Shown one piece after another: positions 50,202 to 64,000 of a stretch of DNA of 64,000 nucleotides (its first letter is position 1; each line of letters starts with the position of its first letter). The stretch lies in assembly GCF_009914755.1 (NCBI RefSeq), contig NC_060941.1, one strand, 5' to 3'. Under the pieces are notes generated by a model that worked only from the letters and a program-made list of their open reading frames with translations, did no database searches and was not told where the DNA came from. The position numbers were made by a program, and so were the translations under genes. The stretch is from the human T2T-CHM13v2.0 reference genome, Homo sapiens.

Positions 50202-50843
50202 ACATTTTTCTTCTTTAATTTAAGAAGCCTCTAAGATGAACAGTGTCCTTCCATACTAGGCATCTTGATCAAATCTCTATCAATTCTTAAGAAAGGTCTC
50301 AGCAAATTTTATATCAAGCCCTTCCCTCCAGGTCAATTCAAGACACCCTAAATACCATATAAGGCTACTAAGTGCCTCATGAGTAAGGTAACAATTTCTC
50401 CCTTTTTCCAGTGTTACACTACCATTGCTCATTCTGTTTTTTCTCAATTAGCATAGATTTTAAAGCTGTAAAGCATTAAACATTAAAACAAGTTCAATAG
50501 AATGTTCTCTTCTTACTAAAAAAACTAGTTTGAGAATTATTTTCAGTAAACTTTAATAACATTTATAAAGTCTGAACTTAGTGCTCTACTATATTAGGAT
50601 ACTTTGAAAGAATTATATCCTGAAGGATCAACAGTTCTTCACAAAACTTTTTTTTTTTTTTTACATTAAAGTTTTTTAAATTAAGTTAACCTGGATCCTG
50701 GATTCACTGTAACATTTTACCTGGCTCATTTAATTCAGGCCAACACAATGAAGCTACAGTTATTATACTTTGATTTAAAAGGTATTTTACACTTTAGGTC
50801 AGTTTGAAACCAAAATTCATGTAACTTTAAATTCCACACTTAC

Positions 50844-50909
50844 CTACTATCTGTCCTCTAACTGTATCATTGTCATTTGGCCCGAGTTTGCATAAATCCA
50901 ACCTCTGAT
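50844..50909 (-). CDS. SMURF2: SMURF2 exon 5, end of C2 (QRLDLCKLGPNDNDTVRGQIV)
   Basis: 66 nt; aatag|ATC ... GTAG|gtaagt. Confidence 0.97.
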
Positions 50910-51089
50910 CTATTTGAAGTCAACAAAGAAAGCAACGAAAAAATTAGCTGGTATCAGAGATTCTAACATCTATAGAGTGACAATAAATTTCCACAATCCA
51001 TTAGAAATCAAACCTATCATTTAAAGAGTTCAGATTTCAAAAACCAAACACTGGTGTATTACATTGCCAACATGCAGTCACTTTCTCTC

Positions 51090-51670
51090 CAAAACTTTTA
51101 GACCACTTTAGTCTGAGTCTTAATAATTGTTGGTCTTAAGGAATTTATCCCTAAGCCTTGGTTTTCTCACATATGACAATATGTGAATCCTCATATTTTT
51201 TTGAGGATTAAATCAGATAATTATGCCAAACTCTCAGCATAGTGCCTGGCACATAAGTGGTCAACAAATGTTAGTTGTCATTATCATTTTTTAACTAACC
51301 ATTTCAAATGACATGGACCCAAAAAAGTATTCATAAGAAGCCAAGAATAAACTGTAAAATCTGGGTTTGCATCAGTTCTGTCACTCATTCATTTAGGAGC
51401 AAATCATTTCTTCTCTCAGATGCCTCATCTGTAAAAGAGATATAACACTGACCTGGCCCTGAAAGTTACAGTAAGGAACAATGTCACCTAAAGTACGCTG
51501 GTTTTACTTTGATTACAGCACTTATAGCTGAATGCTTTTACAACTGTATGCCATCTGTCTACTTATCTGTGAATTGATAAATGGAGGAGACCATATCTTA
51601 GTCTTTGTATTTTCCACTCCAATCTGGTAGAACATTACATCAGGTAGGTGCTCAATAAATATTTGATAAA
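51090..51670. mobile_element. MIR(+) fragments and L2 3' end (-)
   Basis: tagtgcctggcacataagt; gtaggtgctcaataaatatttg. Confidence 0.6.
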
Positions 51671-53199
51671 TTCAATATTACTGCACATCAAAAAAGTCAA
51701 ATAAATTAATACAATGAAGCAGTCACAAGAAACAGAAAAATCCATGCCCCTAAACTACAGTCCCTACTTATCCAACCAAAAATACAGACATTTTTCCCTT
51801 TGCAAAATAAATGGGTGCTACTAAGCTGGCTATACAGTGGATTCTGCAGAGCAACTAACTCCTCCTCTCCTATTCAGTCCTTCCAATGCGGCATGCTCCC
51901 TTTGCCAGCAGGCCTTTGCCCTTCCTTCTCAGAGGACAGGATTCATGCCTTTTTCTCCTTTATACAGCCAGGGTTTAGAACAGTAGCACATTAAGTCTTC
52001 AATAACTGTAAACTTATTGAACTAGGGATAATGTCAGACATTTGACCTATAAGTTTTCAGTTTGCTGAGTAATAAAACAGTTTACTTTTATATGCAATTC
52101 ATTTTTTCCAATCCCAGTGTCTTTTCTCTACTGTTGGTTACCCTGTCAGCCCAGAAATACAAGAATTTCTTAGATGCCTTTAAATATCTTGGACTAAGAA
52201 CTTCTAGCTCAATTTTCTGCCCTTTTCTTTTTCACAAGGTCAATATATACCTATGCTGTGGTATCATACTACATTAAAAGAGACAATCTCTTGATATATT
52301 TAATAGTCAATGCTAAATTTACTCTTTTTTGTTTATTAATTTCCTTAGATCTTATGTGAGTTTGTTTAGCATATGCATCTGGGCTAAAATCCCATGACGA
52401 TGACTAACGGTATTTTTTACATTATATAAAAAAGAATTCTATAGAAACAAACACACAAAAAAAACCTGTTGAAAAAGGAATTCCCATTTATGTTCCAATG
52501 GAAAGACCCATCCAAAAGACTCACCTGGTTATGCTAAGTCAACTTATAAATCCATTATGAAAACCACTTCTAATGTCCTGATCTTGGTCTAATCTTCTAA
52601 ATCCTCAGGCTGATGATAAACTCAGCTACAGTTAAGTAGTTAATACAGCTGTTGTACACTCAAAATAACGTTTAATCTTTAACTTTTAATTTTGTCACAG
52701 CAGTTTTATGTATTATACCATTCTTACCCCTTCGTAATTGCCCTTTAACTGCCAGCTTAAATACTCCAATCACCTAAATAAAAGCATTTCATCCACAAAT
52801 CCACCAAAACCAGAAAAGGATACTAAGAAATTTTAAAAGGCATATACATCCTGATACCTTTATTTTTGCCATTCTGGATATCAATCATTTCTTAATACTT
52901 TTAAATTAGCTGGAAATGAAGCATCAGCCCTGATTTGGCTGTAAGTTTCACATATTTAAAATGTTTCTTTTTTTTTTAAGTCTACAAAATAAATTTAGAT
53001 CAGGAATTTTTACCAATGTTTCAGACATGCACAAGAAGTTGTGTTTGAAGCCCTACCAACATACTCAAATATATATATTATTTTTAAATATATATTTGAG
53101 GATACATATATAGTGCATGTATATATGTATATGCACAAATACATATACACACACACACATATATGTTTTTTAATTGGAAAAGCACTCGTATCTACTCAC

Positions 53200-53333
53200 A
53201 ACCAGTGTCTTTGAGGCGGTTGATGGCATTGGAAAGAAGACGAACACAACCGAGAAATCCAGCACCTTGTTTCTTATGGATCTTCTTGTGATTCCATACA
53301 CTGATCGTAACTGAATCAGACTTTCCAATATAC
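53200..53333 (-). CDS. SMURF2: SMURF2 exon 4, C2 domain (YIGKSDSVTISVWNHKKIHKKQGAGFLGCVRLLSNAINRLKDTG)
   Basis: 134 nt; tttttag|GTA ... GGTT|gtgagt. Confidence 0.97.
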
Positions 53334-54465
53334 CTAAAAAACAAAACGGCTGCATGAGTAACTTGGTAGTTACAGGCAGTTGGCGTAAAATTTTTCTTTT
53401 GTTCTTTTTATATTCTAAAGTTACTAATATGCTTCAGAATCTGGCTAGATTATGCAAAATATGTCTTGAGTTAATCCACAGGATTGAATTTAAATTTTTA
53501 AAAATCTTGAAAATTTTAGTATATTTTTATCACATCTGCCACTCTCAAGCTGGGCTATAATTCTAGTCAGTAAAAAGGCTATTTTAGTAGCTAATGTCTA
53601 ATAACACTAAGGGAGTTTATTAAATAACTTCTTTGCAAGAAAAAGAATCTTAAAAACTTTTATCACAGTCACATTTTAAATACATGTCGATGACATGACC
53701 TACTTTTCAAGGGATAGTGTCAAGGCTGACAGACCAAAAATCTGACCTACCTGTTATATTTTAAAATGCTGTAGAACAAAAGCTGTTTGTAACGCTTTTC
53801 CCCTGCTTCTTTCCTGTATGCAGGCCTTGAGCGAGCAGGACTCTTGCAGATTTCACTTCACTGCCTGCAGACAAGCAGAGCAGGGAAAAGCGTTACTGTA
53901 CTTGTCTGTGCATATGCCTGTAAGTATGTAAAAGCTCTACCACAGCCAATTGTTAACATGGCATCAACCCATGCAAAAAGATAATAAAATAACATGTCAG
54001 TAGAATCCTAGCTCTATTTCAATGACAATAAGAGGTCAAATTTTTGGTCCAGCAACCTTGATCTTAAAGTATCATTCAATAAATTACAATATCAGAAAAA
54101 TTCACCTAGTATACAGAAAAGCCTAAACCATTTAAGTAAGGACTAAAGCTTTTAAATAAGTGACATGGAAGGTACACTTGAGCCCCGGGATCCAGCTGTG
54201 CCTAAAAAATGCCCACCCCAGGCTTTTAATTATGCAAATCAGTACATTCCCTTTTAAAAAATTAAGCCAATTTGAATTTGGTCTCTGTTGCTTGCAAATG
54301 AAAAAATCTGAATTAAAATATTGTTCAGTATGCATGTACCAATTTTCGAATACACCTACCAGTTCTATCTTGGCATGTATCTACTGGCATGTAATTCCAG
54401 AGCCAGAATCAAGTATTAAGTAGCTGAATTACCCAAGCTGAACATTTTTTAAAAAGTTACATTAG

Positions 54466-54768
54466 GCCGGGCGCGGTGGCTCACGCCTGTAATTCTAGCA
54501 CTTTAGGAGGCCGAGGCAGGCAGATCACCAGAGGACAGGAGTTCGAGACCAGCCTGACCAACATGGAGAAACCCTGTCTCTACTAAAAATACAAAAAAAC
54601 TTAGCCAGGCACGGTGGCATGCACCTGCAATCCCAGCTACTTGGGAGGCTGAGGCAGGAGAATCACTTGAACCCGGGAGGCGGAGGTTGTGGTGAGCCTA
54701 GATTGCGTCACTGCACTCCAGCCTGGGCAACAAGAGCAAAACTCCGTCTCAAAAAAAGAAAAAAAAAA
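54466..54768 (+). mobile_element. AluSp-like with TSD aaaaagttac
   Basis: ctgaccaacatggagaaacc diagnostic. Confidence 0.92.
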
Positions 54769-55704
54769 GTTACGTTAAACCAGTTGTCCAACTAGTAAGC
54801 CTGGTTTACAGGTATGCTGAAATACATATATTGATTACCTCAGTCCTCAGGGCAACGCACCACTGGCTTAAGCAACTTCATCTGTGTAGTCCAATGTGCC
54901 ATATTTTTTATGTGTACCATGATATGAAAAGGTTGGGAAGCTCTACATTAAATCATAATAAGAAATTGCTAATTATAGACCTTCTGGAAGATAGCCTAAC
55001 TCTGAATTACTAAAAATTATGAAATATATTGTATTACTTAAGCGTACATGTCACAAACATTCTGTCCAAATATTCCTGGGCCAGAAATGAATCCAAAATA
55101 TTACCTTTTCTTATACATAGAGAAGTACATGCTCTCACTTTAATGAAACCTCATGTAATATAACATACATGGCAACAAAAACAGTAAATTCCTTTTGCAA
55201 TTGAAAGTTAAATAGAGGGCTCTATTAGCTTCTATTAAAACTTTGACTTACTAACAAATACATGATTTATAAACAAGTTTCAGGATGTTTTGTTGAAAGG
55301 GAGAGAGGGACACCTCTATAGGTGAATACAATGTTACCATATAGACCAAAATATGTACTCAGGATTTTGGGCTAAAATTTAATTATTAGATTTTGTTTGT
55401 ATACTTAGCCAATTAAAGGCAAGGGTTTTGTAAAATGACTTTGGAAACAATCATAAGAGATGCTTCTGACAGCCAATTAATATTAATTGTAAGATAAAAC
55501 CTAATAAGTACAAGAAAGATGTTCAACATCATTAGTCATGATGCACCTCAAAACCATGACCAGATACAACTTCATACCCACTAGGGTGGCCACAATTTTT
55601 TTTAAAAGAAAATAACAGTGACAGAGGAATAAAGAAACTTCCAGTGGAAAACAACAGTCATGAAAGATCAAAATCAGGATGCCATCAGCAATACTCTAAA
55701 CCTA

Positions 55705-56140
55705 CAATTTCCAAAATGGTACCCACCAACCACGAGACCCTTGAGGACTTCAAGTGTGGCTAGTCCAAATTGAGGCAAGCTGCAAAATAAACCACTGATT
55801 TTTTTTTTTCTTAACATAAAATGAGAAAACCGCTGATTTTTTAGAGACATAGTAAATATGTATATATACATATATGTGTAAGTAGCTCAATATTTTTATA
55901 CTGACATGTTGAAAGTATTTTTGATATACTGAATTAAATAAAATATATTATTATGCTTCATTTTAAGAAACAGGGTCTCGTTATGTTGTAGCTGGATTAC
56001 AGGTGCAAGCCACTATGCCCAGTTTATTATGCTTAATGTCATCTGTTTCTTTTTACTTATCTTAACGTGGATGCTAGGAAATTTAAAATTATAGATGAGC
56101 TCCCATCTGTGCCTTACATTATATTTCTACTCAACAGTAT
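55705..56140 (-). mobile_element. MER33-like hAT-Charlie MITE with small Alu fragment
   Basis: gtggctagtccaaattgag; ctaggaaatttaaaatta; cattatatttcta. Confidence 0.65.
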
Positions 56141-56883
56141 GGATCTAAACCTAGAAGATAATGGAGCAATGTATTCAACATTTGGAGGTAAAGTGATATT
56201 TCACCTAGAAGCCTATATTCAAACCATATCAAAAGATAAGAAGTCAAAGTATATCTTCTGATAAGATCTCAACTTTCTTCCCATCTTTGTATTATTTCTC
56301 AAAATGACAATGGAAGATAAAGTTCACCGAAACAGGAGAGTAAACAAAAAAAAAAAAAAAAAAAAAAAAGGAAGTCACTAAACCTAGAAGAGACAAAGGA
56401 AATTGCCAACATAACAATAAAGGCAAGTCCCAGGACAACTGCGCAGTGGGTCTTAGAGAACCATCACACAAGACTAAAGAAAGAGAACACAGACTCCCAG
56501 GAGGGTTATCTCCAAGAAGAAAAAAAGCCAATGGAATACTGACAGAACTGAATATATGGAGAAAAGATCTTTAGTTCTATAGGAGAGTCTGAGGATTATG
56601 ACATATAACTTCTCATTTCTATCTAGGAGATAAATAGATAACTAAACAAATGGGAAAAGTAGCTACTAACTTCAGAAAAAACAAAAGTTGTCAAGAAAGA
56701 AAATGTAATTCTTGTACCCCTGTGACCCAACTATGGATATTTACATAATCATAATAATGTAAACATGGAACAATGGTTTAACCAAAAAGGTTCATATAAT
56801 TATATTGGAAGACTAAAGAAAGGAAGAGGCTTGTGTCATGAGAATGGGGATGCTGAATACCAATTTTAAAAGCTGAACCACTG

Positions 56884-57577
<694 letters not shown>

Positions 57578-58141
57578 CTATAAAATAAAATACATATCTA
57601 GAAACAGATGAAAATACCAGAATAAACAGCCAAAGTTATTAAAGCAGTTGCCTTGAGGATGGGAATCAGGAATGAGAATGGAGCAGGGAACTTGCTGTTT
57701 TCCAGTAAAAGCTTTATTGTATCATTTGCCTTTTTAAAAAGGTGCATATACTCCAATGGTTTAAAATAAAATTTAAAAGAAAGAAACCATCCATATAAAG
57801 GCAAAAAGAAGCCTATTCAGTGCAACCCAAATCCTTATTTCTGGTTTTATAATTGGTCTAAAGTGGTGAATTAATACCTTTATTTAATTGAAAAAAGAGG
57901 TGGGGGATTGCTCTACTGTGAGCCAGTTTCATTTTCTTCTTCATAGAATTTTAGAGATACCTCATCTTTCAAAACCTGTCTATAAGCCAAAGCACATTCC
58001 CACTGGGCTTTTCTTTACCCCTTTTGTGATGACCAAATTATACCACAGATGAAACCCAGATCATTTCCCATGATTATTTTCAAAGACTATATCAAATAAT
58101 TTAATGATATGTTCCATTTCAAACTAATTGTTGAAACCTAC

Positions 58142-58250
58142 AGGTCATAATGCTGATTCCACTTTGGATCAAGCGTATTCTTCACAGTATCTGTAGAATG
58201 GCATTGCCCAGATCCATCAACCACCACCTTAGCAAATGGATCAGGAAGTC
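58142..58250 (-). CDS. SMURF2: SMURF2 exon 3, C2 domain (LPDPFAKVVVDGSGQCHSTDTVKNTLDPKWNQHYD)
   Basis: 109 nt; acceptor cacag|GAC, donor CT|gtagg. Confidence 0.97.
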
Positions 58251-58849
58251 CTGTGAAAAAAGATTTTCTAAAATTAATAATTTGACATTTAAGATAGAAG
58301 ATTAATTATACAAGCATTCCATTTGCTACAAAAGATTATTCCATTCTTTTAAAAAAGTTTAACATTTAGCTATAAATGAATAGTCCATTTTTTAAAAAAA
58401 AAGACTAAAGTTACTTCTACATTAAATACCAAAACTATATTTTTTCTCGTTTCTGTCTCAAAATAGTCCCAGTTTAAACTACCAAAATCTAGAGGTTACC
58501 TCATAATGTGGAAGTTTTTAATAGGTTGTTACCAGCCCTCTGACCCGAGGAATGGGGTCATGAATGGTTACATGAATTCTTGTAACCATTCATGGCTTTT
58601 TCTTTCCAAATGTCTCCCTCAGTAGCTCATTTAAAGAAAAAGCTTATTAAAGGTTTTTATACAGGAACACAGGCTACAGAGAAATCAAATTAGCAAATGA
58701 GTTTTGCTGAATAACTACCAGGAAAAATCAGACTGAAACAAAAGATGTAACACTCTGCCTTAAAAGAGCTTACTATCTAATTGGAAAAATAAAAATACTA
58801 TACATGAAAAACAAAACCAAAAATACCTGAGAATAAACAAGTGCTTAGT

Positions 58850-59105
58850 GATACTGATTGTAACGCAAACACTTATATCACTATGTTAGGTACTATTCTA
58901 AATACATTTATCCTTAATCCTTACAATAACCCTACGAGGTAAACACTGTTATTATCCCTATTTTACTGATGAGGAAACCAAGGCACAAGGGGGTCAATTA
59001 ACTAGCCCAAGGTCACAGAGTAGTAAATGGCAGGGCCAGAATCTAAAGTGTAGATTCTAAACCCATGTCTGGCTCTCGACTTCATGCTCTTAACCACTAT
59101 GCTGT
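58850..59105 (-). mobile_element. MIR, within a degraded L2 (~58700-60230, +)
   Basis: attatccctattttactgatgaggaaaccaaggcac...cccaaggtcacag. Confidence 0.75.
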
Positions 59106-59238
59106 ATTTTACCTCTTATTTACTACGTGGTCCAACAGTGAGTACAAGTAAGAGCTCAGAAAAACAGGAGAAAAGGTTTGAATCTGAACAGTAAAGAAAG
59201 GGCTTTGAGGGAGGAGGGAACTCATCTGGGCTTTAAGG

Positions 59239-59572
59239 CAGGCGTCTCCAACCTCTGCACCATGGGCCGGTACAGGTTCGTGGCCTGTTACAACCGGACC
59301 ACAAAGCAGGAAGTGAGCGGTGGGAGAGTAAGCATTACAGCCTGAGCTCCGCCTTCTGTCAGATCAGCGGCAGCATTAGATGCTCATAGGAGCTGGAACC
59401 CTATGGTGAACTGCGCTTGCAAGGGATCTAGGTTGTGCGCTCCTTATGAGAATCTAAAGTCTGATGATCTGAGATGGAACAGTTTCATCCCAACACATCC
59501 CCTGCTCCCCATGTCCTTGGAAAAACTGTCTTGCATGAAACCGGTCCCTGTGCCGAAGGTTGGGGGCTGCTG
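59239..59572 (+). mobile_element. MER1B (hAT-Charlie MITE)
   Basis: cagg..tccaacc...gaaaccggtccctg...ggttgggg.ctgctg; TSD ctttaagg/ctttaaag. Confidence 0.9.
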
Positions 59573-60725
59573 CTTTAAAGGGCATACAGGAGAAGGAGGA
59601 CTTTCCTAGCAAAAGGAAGAGCACCAAGGAGGGTATGACAATACAATATTTAAAAGACTTTGAAGAGTCTAACCAAAGAGCTTGTGCTAAGGTGTAAAAG
59701 TAAATACTATTGGAAATATGACTGACCCAGTAAGAGAGGCTTAAAAGTCGGGCAACAGGGCTTGGACTGATTGAGGTAGATAACAGGGAGCCATTTCAGG
59801 TTCTTGAGCATGGCTGTAACTACAGTCATATTTTTCTATCAGTGGTATTCAGGGCCCACTAGGAGAAAGAAAGACTAGAGGCAGACCATATATGAAGCTG
59901 TTGTAATTATCCAACAGTAGGATGAAAAGACCCTGAATGAGGGAAGTCATGTGGAAAGGGAAAGGAAATGACAAGAGAGCTATTCTGAAAGATCTAATAC
60001 AAATTAATAAGAAACTTGTATCAAAGATGACAATACAGTTTTCAGCCCAAAGCAATAATGAAAATGATTCTTTTGACAAAAATTTAAAAGGTGGAACTAA
60101 AAATGTTAGAGAGACAAAAATGTCACTTCATGTGTTAGACATTGGGATAGAGTAGATTTCCTGTGGACAGCTGAAAATACTAGAACAAAACAGCGTTAAG
60201 TGTTGGTGACTGGAGAAATTTTGCATGTTGGTATCAATGCTAATTTTTTTAAGATACTAATTTGCCAAGTTTCAAGGACAGACAAATCACCTATCAGTTC
60301 CCCAATTCTATGATTCTGTGATCTATCGCTTCCAAATAATAAAGGAGGACCAAAATTTAGGCGTTAAGTTTCAAAGAAACTTGGTAAGTTAGGGTATTAA
60401 ATCTATTTGACTATATTGTTCTTGAAGCTGAGTGCTATGCATAGTATTTCAGTAACACCTAACCATTTATAAATGTGTTCAATGGAAGAATGTTTTTACC
60501 TCCACCCTCAATAAATGAAGATTTCCTCCTGGGAAGAATTCACTCTATCTTGTTATTTTCACTCTACTATTTAAATAAATAAACATATAAATGTGTATTT
60601 ATGAGCAAAAACAAAAAAATCACATTTCTAAACTTTCCCTTTGGGTGTTATTAAACTAGTTGAAGAATTAAGTCTCTCTGGTTTCTTGCTTTTTTAAAAA
60701 AATAAAATGAAAAAGAATTAAGGAC

Positions 60726-61036
<311 letters not shown>

Positions 61037-61049
61037 TTAAGAAAAACAA

Positions 61050-62105
61050 CAGCTGACAAAGGACTAATATCCAGAATCTATAAAGTACTCAAACAAATCA
61101 GCAAGAAAAAATCAAACAATCCCATCAAAAAGTGGGTTAAGGACATCAATAGACAATTCTCAAAAAAAGATATATCAACAAGATAGGCCAATAAGCATAA
61201 TGAAAAATGCTCAGCATCACTAAGTATCAGGGAAATGCAAATCAGAACTATAATGCGATGCCACCTCACTCCTGCAAGAATGGCCATAATCAAAAAATTT
61301 AAAAATAACAGATGTTGGCATGGATGCAGTGAAAAGGGAACACTTTTACACGGCTGGTAGTAATGTAAACTAGTACAACCACTACGGAAAACAGTGTGGA
61401 GATTCCTTAAAGAACTAAAAGTAGATCTACTGTTTGATCTAGCAATCCCACTACTAGGTATTAACCCAGAGGGAAAGAAGTCATTATACGAAAAAGATAC
61501 TTGCACACGCAGGTTTGTAGCAGCACAACTCACAATTGCAAAAATACTGAAGCAGCCCAAACACCTATCAATCAACGAGTGGGTAAAGAAATGTGGTGTG
61601 TGTGTGTGTGTATATGTGTGTGTGTATATATATGTTTATATTATATAATTATATATGTATATATTTATATATAATTATATGTGTGTGTATATATATATAT
61701 ACACACCTACATATACACACACACACACCACATATACATACATACACCATGGAATACTACTCAGCCATTAAAAAGAAATAATCACAGCAACCTGGATAAA
61801 ATTGGAGACTATTATTCTAAGTGAAGTAACTCAAGAATGGAAAACCTAACATCGTATGTTCTCAGTCACATGTGGGAGCTAAGCTATGAGGATGCAAAGG
61901 CGTAAGAATGATATACTGGACTATGGGGACTGGGGGAAAGGGTGGGGGTAACAGGGGATAAAAGACTATACACTGGGTACAGTGTACACTGCTTGGGTGA
62001 TGGGTCCACCAGAATCTCAGAAATCACCACTAAAGTACTTATTCATGTAATCAAACACCATCTGTTCCCCCAAAACTTATTGAAATAAAAAAATAAAATA
62101 ATAAA
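61050..62105 (+). mobile_element. 5'-truncated L1PB-like element with internal (TG)/(TA)/(CA) microsatellite ~61597-61745
   Basis: ORF2-end homology (ORF 61394..61648), aatctcagaaatcaccactaaag 3' end, TSD aagaaaaacaa. Confidence 0.9.
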
Positions 62106-62406
62106 AGAAAAACAATTTTTTCCATACAAAATGTGGCTTCCAGATCCTTAATTAAGTAGGAAAGTCACAGCCTTTTATGTTCCCTTTCTGTTAAATAACA
62201 CAGTAAACAAAAACACCAGTTCAATACCTTAATAAAAAAATACATAGGTTTCAACTTAACCTGATTATATTATTCTCCAAAAATTTAACTTGAGAGCCAA
62301 GTTACTCCCATGTGGTCAAAAACTATCAGGTTTTCTGAAGTTAGTGAGACATCTAGTGGTAAACACAAAGTGGCTAGAGAACTTTCTGCATTTTAAAAAA
62401 TTTCTC

Positions 62407-63437
<1,031 letters not shown>

Positions 63438-64000
63438 TTATCTGTTGCTTTATGTTTGAAATTTTTCCTGCTAAAATTCTGGGGGAAAGGGGAAGTGACT
63501 TATTTTTAAAAGCCAATAAGCTTGAAAACAGTTCAAAAACATGAGTTAAAAAAACTTTTCTCAACAAGGATAGCGCCCAATAAACAGTATTACCTCACAT
63601 ACAAATTACTCTTCAAAAGACAACACATGGCAGTGTATTTTTTCCTGCGATGAAAAATATATATCTATTTCATCACCCTATAGTCGTACTTTGTATTAAA
63701 ATTTGCTTTTCTCATTCAATACAATTTTAACTGAATCGCAAGCAAAAACTTAACTATATTTTACTATTAATAACTGCACTGATCAATAAACACACATTCA
63801 TTTATATTTAATTGAAGAATTTAGGAATTACTGTCTCTGAAATTAATGTGGGCAACCCTTAACAGGTCAAAAATCTGTATAAGTATACATGTAAATCTAC
63901 CACAGAATGGACCTGCGACCTTGGCCAGTGTGAACCTGGGAGGTAACTTCCATTCCTGGCTAACTCCCCTCTGAAGCCCTAAGGATTACCATTCCTGTTT

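Overview
This is human (primate) genomic DNA, not microbial. The window holds most of SMURF2 (C2-WW1-WW2-WW3-HECT, NEDD4-family E3 ubiquitin ligase) on the minus strand. I reconstructed 17 coding exons by hand (exons 3-19 in the usual numbering, recalled; exons 1-2 and the promoter lie beyond base 64000). All splice sites are GT-AG and the phases match, giving 2156 nt of CDS ending in TGA at 5599-5601. A ~3.5 kb 3'UTR follows, with a distal AATAAA at 2078-2083. The introns carry about 50 Alu copies or fragments, plus L1, L2, MIR, MaLR/ERVL LTRs and hAT-Charlie MITEs, often nested. Almost every ORF in the supplied track is an Alu/L1/simple-repeat artefact or an intron-extended SMURF2 exon. I found no evidence of a new multi-gene system. 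The best leads are: (i) splice architecture around the catalytic Cys and the WW domains (split Cys codon, in-frame cryptic acceptors, candidate cassette exons); (ii) two non-Alu long hairpins/palindromes upstream of exons 3 and 4; (iii) a repeat-free, CpG-retaining intron 17 with an NRF1-like palindrome; (iv) 3'UTR regulatory motifs; (v) very closely spaced inverted Alus. Repeat boundaries and subfamily names are read by eye and approximate.
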